From NCBI GenBank assembly GCA_035543515.1, contig DATKJS010000133.1, positions 1,134 through 65,133 of the forward strand: a DNA stretch of 64,000 nt. Direction: 5' to 3'. Numbering within the stretch: the stretch's first letter is position 1; the number at the start of each line of letters is the position of its first letter. The stretch is from Terriglobales bacterium (GTDB lineage: Bacteria > Acidobacteriota > Aminicenantia > Aminicenantales > Saccharicenantaceae). The translations under genes were made by a program, and so were the position numbers. The notes beneath the pieces are model-generated. The model saw nothing but the letters and a program-made list of their open reading frames with translations, was not told where the DNA came from and did not search any database. Positions 10,116 to 18,779 of the stretch are shown piece after piece.

Positions 10116-11470
10116 GAGCCGAAACCCCATCCCGGCGGGCCGGGACCGTCCCGGCGCTCCTCGCGACGGGGTTGGCCCTGCTCTGCATTGCCGCCCGAGT
10201 GCGGTCTGCTCCCCGGGCCGCGGCCGGCGAATCGCCCTGGAAGCAAGCGCCCGAGAGGTTCGTCCTGGCCACGGGCGAGGTCTGCCTCTTTCAGCGGGAC
10301 GCGGTCTCGCCCACGACCGTCGTCCACCTCTTCGTCCCGGGCGGCAAGGCTGCCGTCCCGGCCGGCCTGGACGGGCTGGCCTATCTCGCAACGCGCCTGA
10401 CCCTCGAGATCCCGGATTACGCCGTGGCCCAGGACATGATGGCCCAGGCGACCTGCCTCCGGCTGGCCGTGCTCGAGGATTGCTCCTTCGTCACCCTCGA
10501 ATGCCTGTCGGAGAACCTCGAGGCGGGGCTCCGCGTGGCCGCGGCCATCATCCAGAACCCGCTCATTACCGGGCCGCGCATCGAGGACGCCAAGCAGACC
10601 ATGTCTATCTACGCCAAGGCCGAGGGGGACGACGCCGCCGAGGCCGGCCACGCTGCGGCGCTGGGCGCCTTTTTCGGGGGCCGCGGATACGGCGGCTCGA
10701 CCTTCGGCACCGAGGCCAGCCTCAAGGCCATCGGCAAGAAGGACATCGTCTCCTTCTACGGCCTCCATTTCACCCGCCACGCCGTCGTCTTCGCCGTGTC
10801 GAGCGACCTGGGCCGGGACCGCGTCCAGCCCCTCCTCGAAAAATACTTCGCGAAGTTCGCGGCGCGGGCCGTCGGACCGGCCGCCGCGGTGGAGCCGGCG
10901 CTGCCCGAGGTGCGCGAGGTCCGCCTGGAAAAGGAGACGAAACAGGCCTTCGTCGGCCGGGCCTTCCTCCTCCCGCCGCCGACGAAGTCCGGCTTCGCCA
11001 AGGGCTATCTCCTCCACGTCCTGCTCGGCGTCGGCCCGGGCTCCCGGCTCTGGGACCTGCGCGCAGGCCAGAAGCTCGCCTATAACGTGGGGGCCCGACT
11101 AACCTGGATGAGGGGATGCGGGCTCATCGAGGCCTATCTCGAAACGGGGACCGAAAAGAGGGAGGCGGCCGTCGTCGCCCTGGACGCGGCCCTGGCCGAG
11201 CTCCGTCGGACCGGGCTCGCGCCGGACGAGATGTCGATGACGAAGAGCCTGGCCCGAACCCATCTCCTCCGCTCTCTCGAGCGCAAGGGCGCCCGGGCCC
11301 AGATGATGGGCCATTGGGAGATCCTCGGGCCGGGACTCGAGGCCTTCGAGGGCGCCTTCGACGGCTTGGACGCCGTCGGCCTGGAGGAAATGAACGCTTT
11401 CCTCAGGGATGTCCTCGACCCCGCGAAGTCGCTCCTTGTCGTCGTCGGGGGCGGCAAGGGCCGTCCCTGA
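10112..11470 (+). CDS. M16 family peptidase-like protein, non-catalytic partner (no HxxEH)
   Basis: The ATGA overlap with the upstream M16 gene indicates translational coupling. Length and architecture fit M16, the zinc motif is absent, and an N-terminal signal-like region is present. Confidence 0.8.
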   Translation: MRAETPSRRAGTVPALLATGLALLCIAARVRSAPRAAAGESPWKQAPERFVLATGEVCLFQRDAVSPTTVVHLFVPGGKAAVPAGLDGLAYLATRLTLEIPDYAVAQDMMAQATCLRLAVLEDCSFVTLECLSENLEAGLRVAAAIIQNPLITGPRIEDAKQTMSIYAKAEGDDAAEAGHAAALGAFFGGRGYGGSTFGTEASLKAIGKKDIVSFYGLHFTRHAVVFAVSSDLGRDRVQPLLEKYFAKFAARAVGPAAAVEPALPEVREVRLEKETKQAFVGRAFLLPPPTKSGFAKGYLLHVLLGVGPGSRLWDLRAGQKLAYNVGARLTWMRGCGLIEAYLETGTEKREAAVVALDAALAELRRTGLAPDEMSMTKSLARTHLLRSLERKGARAQMMGHWEILGPGLEAFEGAFDGLDAVGLEEMNAFLRDVLDPAKSLLVVVGGGKGRP

Positions 11471-11496
11471 ACCGCCCTCTCCGCCCTTGGGCAGAG

Positions 11497-11527
11497 AATA
11501 AAAACCCCGGGAGAAAGCCTCCCGGGG
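11497..11527 (-). terminator. Rho-independent terminator of the PFOR gene
   Basis: Minus strand reads CCCCGGGAG-gcttt-CTCCCGGGG followed by TTTTTATT, 25 nt after the stop codon. Confidence 0.7.
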
Positions 11528-11551
11528 TCGGAAACGCGGTCTGTCCGGGCT

Positions 11552-14500
11552 TTACCCGGCCATCTTCCTGTAATCTTCGTAGCGCTTCTTAGCCACTTCC
11601 TCGGCGTGGGCGAAGAGGTCCTTGGCGATGTTGGGATACTGCTGGATGAGCGTCCGGTAGCGGATCTCGTTCTTGAGGAAAGCCCCGTACTCGAGCTTGG
11701 GCTCCTTCGAGTCGAGCTGGAAGGGGTTCTTCCCGTCTGCGGCGAGCCGGGGATCATAGCGGTAGAGAAGCCAGTAGCCCGTGTCCACGGCCAGTTTCTC
11801 CTCGGCCTGGGCCTTGCGCATATCGATGCCGTGGTTGATGCACGGCGAATAGGCGATGATGATCGAGGGGCCCGGGTAGGCCTCGGCCTCGAGGAAGGCC
11901 TTGAGGCACTGGATCATGTTGGCGCCCATGGCGACCGCGGCGACATAGACATAGCCGTAGCTCATGACCATCCGGCCGAGGTCCTTCTTGGCCGTCTTTT
12001 TGCCCGACGAGGCGAACTTGGCCACCGAGCCCATAGGCGTGGACTTGGACGCCTGCCCGCCCGTGTTCGAATAGACCTCGGTGTCGAGGACGAGGACGTT
12101 GATGTTGCGGTTCATGGCCAGGACGTGATCCAGTCCGCCGTAACCGATGTCATAGGCCCAGCCGTCGCCCCCGATGCACCAGACGCTCTTCTCGACGAGG
12201 AGGTCCTTGAGCTCGTCGACTTTGGCCAGGTGGGGCTTGGCCGCGCCGGCCTTGGCCAGCGCTTCGGGCAGGGCGGCGCGGACGGCCTTGGCCGCGGTCT
12301 TGGCCTCGCCGCCGGTCGCCGCCCACGCGCCCTTCATCTTGCCCAAGGCGTCGGCGAGCGCGGGCGTCGTGCCGGCGGCCAGGGCGGCGTCGATGGCGGC
12401 GGCCAGTTGGCGCCGACCGGCGTCCACCGCGAGCCGCATGCCGAACCCGTACTCGGCGTTGTCCTCGAACAGGGAGTTGGCCCAGGCCGGCCCTTTCCCT
12501 TCCGTGTTGACCGCATAGGGGGAGGTGGGGAAGGTCCCGCCGTAGATCGAGGAGCAGCCCGTGGCGTTGGCGATGATCATCCGGTCGCCGAACAGCTGAG
12601 TCGCCAGCTTGACGTAGGGCGTCTCGCCGCAGCCGGCGCAGGCGCCGCTGAACTCGAAGAGCGGCCGGAGGAACTGGCTGCCCTTGAGGGTGTCGGGATT
12701 GATGCCGTCGACGACGTTGTCGGGCAGGCGGTCGAAGAACTCGGCCTTCTTCCCTTCGCCGGCCGCCCGGAGCTCGTTGATCGGCGTCATGACCAGCGCC
12801 TTGACCTTGGCCGGGCAGACCTCGGCGCAGGAGCCGCAGCCGACGCAATCCTCGATGTAACACTGCTCCCGGTAGAGGAGGCCGCGGTCGTTCTTGGTGT
12901 TGGACTTGATGGTCACGAAGCCCTCGGGAGCGCCGGCGAGGTCGGCCGGAGCGATCTGCTTGGCCCGGATCGTGGCGTGGGGGCAGACGAAGTTGCATTG
13001 GTTGCACTGGATGCAGTTCTGGGGGAGCCACTTCGGGCACTCGACGGCGATGCCGCGCTTTTCCAGCCGGGCCGTGCCCGTCGGGATGGCGCCGTCGAAG
13101 GGCATCTTGGAGACCGGCAGGGAATCGCCCTTGAAGCGCGTGACCGGGTCGATGACCTCTTTGGCGAAGGCGTCGGCGTCGTCGGGCACGATCTTCGTCA
13201 CCGGCGCCGACTTCGTGATCCGGGCCGGGATGGGGACGGATTCCAGGCCGGCCGCGGCCCGGTCGATGGAATCCCAGTTCATCTGGACGACGTCGTGGCC
13301 CTTGCGGCCGTAGGTCTTCTCGACGGCCTTCTTCATCAGGGCGATGGCCTCGGCTTCGGGCAGGACACCCGAGAGCTTGAAGAAGCAGGCCTGCATGATG
13401 GAGTTGATGCGCAGGCCCAGGCCCACCGCTTCGGCGATCTTCAGGGCGTCGATGGCGTAGACCCTGATCTTCTTCGAGATGATCGTCCGCTGCATGTCCT
13501 CGGTCAGATGCTCGAAGACCTCCGCGGCCGGCCAATCGCAATTGATGAGGAACGTCCCGCCCTCGCGGATGCCCTCGAGGATGTCCAGCCGGCCGATGTA
13601 GGACGGCTTGTGGAGGGCGACGAAATCGACGGTGTTGAGGAAGTACTGTGACTGGATGGGCTGCCTGCCGAAGCGGAGATGGGAGATGGTGACACCGCCG
13701 GACTTTTTAGAATCGTATTGGAAGTAGCCCTGCCCGTACATGTCCGTATGGTCGGCGATGATCTTGATCGAGTTCTTGTTCGCGCCGACCGTGCCGTCCG
13801 ACCCGTAGCCGAAGAACTTGCAGCGGACGGTGCCGGGAACCTCGGTGTCGAGGACCGGGCCGACGGGAATGGACAGGTGCGTGACATCGTCCTCGATGCC
13901 CACGGTGAAGCCGTGGAAGGCCTTGCCGTCGAGGTGGTCATAGACGGCCTTGACCATGGCCGGGGTGAAGTCCTTGGACGACAGCCCGTAGCGGCCGCCG
14001 ATGACCTGGACCGGCCGGCCGGCCAGAGCCACGGCGACGTCCAGGTAGAGCGGCTCGCCGATCGAGCCGGGCTCCTTGGTCCGGTCGAGGACGGCGACCT
14101 TCTTGGCCGAGGCGGGAACGGCCGCGGCCAGGGCCGCGGCGTCGAATGGCCGGTAAAGGCGGACCTTGACCAGCCCGAGCTTGGCGCCGCGGGCGTTGAG
14201 GGAGTTGATCGTCTCCTCGGCCGTCTCCGCGCCCGAGCCCATCATGACGATGACCTTCTCGGCCTGGGGGTCGCCGAAGTAGTCGAAGAGATGGTAGGAC
14301 CGGCCGATGGCCCTGGCGACCTTGTCCATGTAATGCTGGACGAGGGCCGGAGCCTCGGCGTAATGCCGGTTGATCGTCTCGCGGCCCTGGAAGTAGACGT
14401 CGGGGTTCTGCTGGCCGACCTTGAGCACGGGACGCTCGGGGTTGAGCGAGCGCCTGCGGAACGCCTCGAGGTACTGGGGCTCGAACAATTCCGCCAGAGT

Positions 14501-15070
14501 CTCGTAGGCGGCCAAATCGACCTTCTCGACGACGTTCGAGGTCCGGAAGCCGTCGAAGAAGTGGAGGAAGGGGATGCTCGTCCTGAGGGTGGAGAGGTAG
14601 GCGACGATGGCCAGATCCTGGGCTTCCTGGACCGACCCGGCGCAAGTCAGGGCGAAGCCGGTATTGCGCGCGGCCATGACGTCGCTGTGGTCGCCGAAGA
14701 TCGACAGGGACTGGCAGGCCAGGGACCGGGCCGAGACGAGGAAGAGCGTCGGCAGCATCTCGCCGGCGATCTTGTGCATGTTCGGCAGCATCAGCATCAG
14801 GCCCTGGGAGGCCGTGAAGGTCGTGGTCAGGGCGCCGGCCGAGAGGGAGCCGTGGACCGCTCCCGAGGCGCCGCCCTCCGACTGCATCTCGATGACGTCC
14901 ACGGGCTGGCCGAAGATGTTCTTCCGGCCCTGCGCGGACCACTCGTCGGCCAGCTCCCCCATCGTCGAGGACGGCGTGATGGGATAGATGGCCGCGACCT
15001 CGGAATAAGCGTAGGCGACGTGGGTCGCCGCCGTATTCCCGTCGATCGTCTGCATGTTCTTCTTTGGCAT
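11552..15070 (-). CDS. nifJ: Pyruvate:ferredoxin (flavodoxin) oxidoreductase, single-polypeptide type
   Basis: The 1172-aa protein starts MPKKNMQTIDGNTAATHVAYAYSEVAAIYPITPSS. It has two ferredoxin CxxCxxCxxxCP motifs and the TPP motif GGDGWAYDIGYGGLDH. Confidence 0.95.
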   Translation of the reverse strand: MPKKNMQTIDGNTAATHVAYAYSEVAAIYPITPSSTMGELADEWSAQGRKNIFGQPVDVIEMQSEGGASGAVHGSLSAGALTTTFTASQGLMLMLPNMHKIAGEMLPTLFLVSARSLACQSLSIFGDHSDVMAARNTGFALTCAGSVQEAQDLAIVAYLSTLRTSIPFLHFFDGFRTSNVVEKVDLAAYETLAELFEPQYLEAFRRRSLNPERPVLKVGQQNPDVYFQGRETINRHYAEAPALVQHYMDKVARAIGRSYHLFDYFGDPQAEKVIVMMGSGAETAEETINSLNARGAKLGLVKVRLYRPFDAAALAAAVPASAKKVAVLDRTKEPGSIGEPLYLDVAVALAGRPVQVIGGRYGLSSKDFTPAMVKAVYDHLDGKAFHGFTVGIEDDVTHLSIPVGPVLDTEVPGTVRCKFFGYGSDGTVGANKNSIKIIADHTDMYGQGYFQYDSKKSGGVTISHLRFGRQPIQSQYFLNTVDFVALHKPSYIGRLDILEGIREGGTFLINCDWPAAEVFEHLTEDMQRTIISKKIRVYAIDALKIAEAVGLGLRINSIMQACFFKLSGVLPEAEAIALMKKAVEKTYGRKGHDVVQMNWDSIDRAAAGLESVPIPARITKSAPVTKIVPDDADAFAKEVIDPVTRFKGDSLPVSKMPFDGAIPTGTARLEKRGIAVECPKWLPQNCIQCNQCNFVCPHATIRAKQIAPADLAGAPEGFVTIKSNTKNDRGLLYREQCYIEDCVGCGSCAEVCPAKVKALVMTPINELRAAGEGKKAEFFDRLPDNVVDGINPDTLKGSQFLRPLFEFSGACAGCGETPYVKLATQLFGDRMIIANATGCSSIYGGTFPTSPYAVNTEGKGPAWANSLFEDNAEYGFGMRLAVDAGRRQLAAAIDAALAAGTTPALADALGKMKGAWAATGGEAKTAAKAVRAALPEALAKAGAAKPHLAKVDELKDLLVEKSVWCIGGDGWAYDIGYGGLDHVLAMNRNINVLVLDTEVYSNTGGQASKSTPMGSVAKFASSGKKTAKKDLGRMVMSYGYVYVAAVAMGANMIQCLKAFLEAEAYPGPSIIIAYSPCINHGIDMRKAQAEEKLAVDTGYWLLYRYDPRLAADGKNPFQLDSKEPKLEYGAFLKNEIRYRTLIQQYPNIAKDLFAHAEEVAKKRYEDYRKMAG

Positions 15071-15092
15071 GGATGACTCCTTGGTGCGAACG

Positions 15093-15698
15093 TTATTCCT
15101 TGAGCTCGGTCCGGCCCTCGAGGGCCTTCTTGATCGTCACCTGGTCGGCGAAGTCCAGGTCCGAGCCGACGGGCAGGCCCATGGCCAGCCGCGTAATCTT
15201 GGCGCCGAGGTCCCTGAGGACCTTCAACAGGTACAGGGCGGTGGCTTCCCCTTCCACGGTCGGGTTGGTGGCGATGATGATCTCCCGGAACGTCCCCTCC
15301 CGGGCCCGCTTGACGAGCTTCTCCAGCCGAAGCTCGTCCGGGCCGCGGCCCTTGAGGGGCGACAGGGCGCCCAGGAGCACATGGTAGCGGCCGTGGAAGG
15401 CCCCCGTCCTTTCGATGGAGGAGATGTTGAACGGCTCCTCGACGACGCAGAGCGCCTCGTCGGAGCGATGGGGGTCGGTGCAGATGAGGCAGGGGTCGAC
15501 GTGGGTGATGTTGTTGCACCGGGTGCAGTAGAAGATCTTCTGGCGGGCCTCCTTGATCGTGTCGGCCAGCCGGTCGACCTCCTCCGCGGGCATGCCCAGG
15601 AAATGGAAGGCCATCCTCTGGGCCGTCTTTGCCCCGATGCCGGGGATGCGGCGGAGCTCCTCGATGAGGTCGCGCAAGGGCCTGGCGTACTCGAACAT
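15093..15698 (-). CDS. recR: Recombination protein RecR
   Basis: Translation has LIEELRRIPGIGAKTAQRMAFHF, a zinc finger (CTRCNNITHVDPCLIC) and a Toprim region. It sits in the conserved dnaX-ybaB-recR order. Confidence 0.95.
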   Translation of the reverse strand: MFEYARPLRDLIEELRRIPGIGAKTAQRMAFHFLGMPAEEVDRLADTIKEARQKIFYCTRCNNITHVDPCLICTDPHRSDEALCVVEEPFNISSIERTGAFHGRYHVLLGALSPLKGRGPDELRLEKLVKRAREGTFREIIIATNPTVEGEATALYLLKVLRDLGAKITRLAMGLPVGSDLDFADQVTIKKALEGRTELKE

Positions 15699-16009
15699 CA
15701 GCCCATCCCCGGGATCTTCAGGCCGCCGGTGAGGCCGCCGAGCTTCTGGCCGAGGGCCTCATCGACCTTGGCCCCGGCGTCGTTGAAGGCGGCCACGATG
15801 AGGTCCTGGAGCATCTCGACCTCGTTCCGGTCGACGACCTCCGGCTCGAGCCTCAGGGAGAGGAGCCGCTTGCGGCCGTCGAGGACGACGGTGACCATGC
15901 CGCCGCCGCTCGTGCCCTCGGCCCGCATCTCGGCCATCTCCTTCTCCAGCCGGTCTTGCATGTCCTTGGCCGTCTTGAGCATCTTCTGGAGGTCCATGAT
16001 GTTCTTCAC
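15698..16009 (-). CDS. ybaB: Nucleoid-associated protein YbaB/EbfC
   Basis: The roughly 100-aa protein has MLKTAKDMQDRLEKEMAEM and ends GLKIPGMG. Its stop overlaps the recR start (TGATG). An alternative ATG start is at 15997. Confidence 0.9.
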   Translation of the reverse strand: MKNIMDLQKMLKTAKDMQDRLEKEMAEMRAEGTSGGGMVTVVLDGRKRLLSLRLEPEVVDRNEVEMLQDLIVAAFNDAGAKVDEALGQKLGGLTGGLKIPGMG

Positions 16010-17757
16010 GCGCCGCCCTCCCCGGGCCCGAAGCCCTTCGGCTCCTTTTCCTTGGCGGGCTTGACGGGGTCCGCCGACAGGATCTGAGCTTTGAACGTGT
16101 TCATGAAATACTGGACCGTGGGATCCTTGAGGGCCGAATCCATCTCCCGCCCGGGCGCCGGCCGGCCGGGCTCGAGGGCGGCGCCGCCTTCCTCGGCGAA
16201 TTGGACCGTCATTTCCCGGCCGAGGACTTCCCGGGCCGCGGCCTCGACGGCCTTGACGTCTTTCTCCTGGATGGTCGTGCCGAAGAAGCCCTTGCCCCGC
16301 TCGAAGAAGACCTCGATCAGCCCGTCCCTGATACGGACCGACGTCGCCTGGCCCAGGAGCGCGGCCAGCGGGGCCCGGTCCCTGGTCAATCTCTCGAGGA
16401 CCCGGCCGAAGGTCGCTTTGTCGGGGGATGGGACGGCCGCCTTGGCTCCCGTCGCAGGGCCGCCCGCGGTGGCCGAGCCCTGAGCGTGAGCGGACCCGGG
16501 AACGGCGGCTTCCGCGGGCCGGACGCCCCTGTCCTGTGGCTGCGGCGTCCGGGAAGAAGTGCTCCTTCCCGGGACCGGCCCGGGCCGGGGCTCTCCTGTC
16601 CGGGGGGAGGACCCGCCGGTCCTGGCCAGGGATTCCACGTCCTGAAGGAGCTCCTTGAGGGGAACGATCTTGCGGAACTGGCAGAGCCTGATGAGGAACG
16701 TCTCGACGTAGATCCGGGGCTGGGTCGCGTAGCGTAAGCCCTGTTCCCCCTGCTGGAGGGCGACGACATAGCGGAGGAAGTCCTCCGCCGTCCCCTTCGC
16801 AACCAGGGCCCGAAGGGCTTCGAGCTCCTCGGCCGTGACGAAGAGGTAGTCTTCCGGCCGCTCGACCGAGCTCACGACGAGGAGGTCGCGGAAATGGCCG
16901 ATGAGCCTGCCGAAGAAGAACCGCAGGTCGGTGCCGGAGGAGATGAGGCCGTCGACGAGGGGGAAGATGTCCTGCGGCCGCTCGTCGAGGACCGCGGTGG
17001 AGAAGCGAAAGAGGATGTCTTGGCCGATCGTGCCCAGGATCGTTTTGACGTCGTCGTCGCCGACGTTCTCGCCGCTGAAGGCGACGGCCTGGTCGAGTAG
17101 GCTCTGGGCGTCGCGCATGCTGCCCTCGGCGGCCCCCGCGATCAGGGCCAGGCCGGCCGGCGTGACCGTGATCCCCTCCTTTCGCGTGATCTCCATGAGG
17201 TGGTTGATGATGTCCTTGTGCGAGATCTTGCGAAACTCGAAGTGCTGGCAGCGTGAGACGATGGTCGGCGGGACCTTGTTGAATTCGGTCGTGGCGAAGA
17301 TGAAGACCGTGTTCGGCGGCGGCTCCTCGAGCGTCTTGAGGAGGGCGTTGAAGCCGTCCCGGGAGATCTGGTGGACCTCGTCGATGATGATGACCTTATA
17401 GCGCGTGTAGATGGCCCGGTACTTGAGCGCCTCGCGGAGGGCCTTGATGTCCTCGATGCTCCGGTTCGAGGCGCCGTCGATCTCGAGGACGTCGATGGCG
17501 CGGTCCTCATTGATGGCGGTGCAGTACTCGCACTTGTTGCAGGGATGCGGCGTCGGCCCGTCGACGCAGTTCAGGGCCTTGGCCAGGATGCGGGCCACCG
17601 TGGTCTTGCCCGTGCCGCGCACCCCCGAGAACAGGTAGGCCTGGGCGATGCGGCCGGAAGTGATGGCGTTCTGGATGGTCTGGACGACGGACCTCTGCCC
17701 GATGACCTCCTCGAAGGTCTTGGGCCGGTACTTCCTGGCGAATATCTCGTAGGACAT
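16006..17757 (-). CDS. dnaX: DNA polymerase III subunit gamma/tau
   Basis: Translation has KYRPKTFEEVIGQ, a Walker A motif (GVRGTGKTT), a zinc module (CNKCEYC) and the SRCQHFEF sensor, with a Pro/Ala-rich linker. Confidence 0.95.
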   Translation of the reverse strand: MSYEIFARKYRPKTFEEVIGQRSVVQTIQNAITSGRIAQAYLFSGVRGTGKTTVARILAKALNCVDGPTPHPCNKCEYCTAINEDRAIDVLEIDGASNRSIEDIKALREALKYRAIYTRYKVIIIDEVHQISRDGFNALLKTLEEPPPNTVFIFATTEFNKVPPTIVSRCQHFEFRKISHKDIINHLMEITRKEGITVTPAGLALIAGAAEGSMRDAQSLLDQAVAFSGENVGDDDVKTILGTIGQDILFRFSTAVLDERPQDIFPLVDGLISSGTDLRFFFGRLIGHFRDLLVVSSVERPEDYLFVTAEELEALRALVAKGTAEDFLRYVVALQQGEQGLRYATQPRIYVETFLIRLCQFRKIVPLKELLQDVESLARTGGSSPRTGEPRPGPVPGRSTSSRTPQPQDRGVRPAEAAVPGSAHAQGSATAGGPATGAKAAVPSPDKATFGRVLERLTRDRAPLAALLGQATSVRIRDGLIEVFFERGKGFFGTTIQEKDVKAVEAAAREVLGREMTVQFAEEGGAALEPGRPAPGREMDSALKDPTVQYFMNTFKAQILSADPVKPAKEKEPKGFGPGEGGA

Positions 17758-17817
17758 GGATGACGGCCGCCCGCGGCGGGCCAGGGGACTTCCGGCCCCT
17801 GGGAAAAAGTAAGCTTT

Positions 17818-17826
17818 ATCTTAGCA
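17818..17826 (-). promoter_or_regulatory. Candidate extended -10 promoter (TGcTAAGAT) for dnaX-ybaB-recR-PFOR
   Basis: Minus strand reads tttgTGCTAAGATaaag, about 60 nt upstream of the dnaX ATG. No good -35 element is present. Confidence 0.35.
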
Positions 17827-17855
17827 CAAACGGACGAAATTTCAAGGAGAAATCC

Positions 17856-17883
17856 GGGACAAGAGCGGGCGAACGTGTATAAT
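17856..17883 (+). promoter_or_regulatory. Candidate sigma70 promoter GGGACA-N16-TATAAT, 11 nt before the EamA ATG
   Basis: A perfect TATAAT sits at 17878-17883 and the ATG is at 17895, which implies a very short or absent leader. Confidence 0.45.
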
Positions 17884-17894
17884 GAGAAGCGCCC

Positions 17895-18779
17895 ATGCCC
17901 CCCGGAGCCGCCCTCCCTCGCGACCCCTCGGGCCTCGCCGAGGTCCACCTGTCGGTCCTTCTGTTCGGCTTCGCCGCCCTGTTCGGAAAGTGGCTGCCGC
18001 TCGCGCCGGAGGCCATCGTCTTCGGCCGGGCGGCCTTCGCCGCCCTGGCCATCGGCCTGGCCGCCGCGGCCGGCCACCGCCCCCTCCGGGTCGCTCTGCC
18101 CCGCGACAGGCTCCTGCTCATCCTCTGCGGCCTCGTCCTGGCCGCGCATTGGACGATGTTCTTCCGGTCGGTCCAGGCGTCGACGGTGGCCGTGGCCCTC
18201 CTGTCCTATTCCAGCTTTCCGGTCTTCACGGCCTTCCTCGAGCCCTGGCTCCTCCGGGAGCGCTGGGACCCCTCGAGCCTGGCTCTGGCCTTCCTCACGG
18301 TGGCCGGCGTCTTCCTCATCGTCCCTGGCCGCGACTTGAGGAGCCCCGAGGGCCTGGGCGTCGCTTGGGGCCTCGGGTCGGGCCTGACGTTTTCCCTGCT
18401 CTCCCTTGTCAACCGGCGGCTGGCCAGCCGTCTTCCAAGTCCTACGGTGGCCTTCCATCAGGACCTCTGGGCCGCGCTCTTCCTCCTGCCGCTCGTCGTC
18501 CTGCGGCCCCCGGCCGTCACGGCCCGCGACATGGGACTCCTAGCCGTGCTGGGGGTCTTCGGCACGGCCGGAGCCCACACGCTCTTCATCGAGGGACTGA
18601 AACGAATCCGGGCTCGCGCTGCGAGCATCATCAGCTCGCTCGAGCCGGTCTACGGCATCGCCCTGGCCGCGCTCTTCTTAAAAGAAAGCCCCTCCCTCAG
18701 AACGGTCTCGGGAGGGGCGCTCATCCTGGCCGCGGCCCTCGCCGTTACGATGAGGGCCGGCCGACCGCCTTCGTCCTAG
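17895..18779 (+). CDS. EamA/DMT-family transporter
   Basis: The 294-aa protein has 10 predicted hydrophobic spans with duplicated EamA-like halves. Confidence 0.85.
   Translation: MPPGAALPRDPSGLAEVHLSVLLFGFAALFGKWLPLAPEAIVFGRAAFAALAIGLAAAAGHRPLRVALPRDRLLLILCGLVLAAHWTMFFRSVQASTVAVALLSYSSFPVFTAFLEPWLLRERWDPSSLALAFLTVAGVFLIVPGRDLRSPEGLGVAWGLGSGLTFSLLSLVNRRLASRLPSPTVAFHQDLWAALFLLPLVVLRPPAVTARDMGLLAVLGVFGTAGAHTLFIEGLKRIRARAASIISSLEPVYGIALAALFLKESPSLRTVSGGALILAAALAVTMRAGRPPSS

Noticed and set aside
17758-17894. SRP RNA (ffs), expected upstream of dnaX.
   Set aside because: Only one short hairpin is present. The conserved GGAAGCAGCCAAGG-type domain IV sequence is absent, and there is not enough length for a 4.5S-type RNA.
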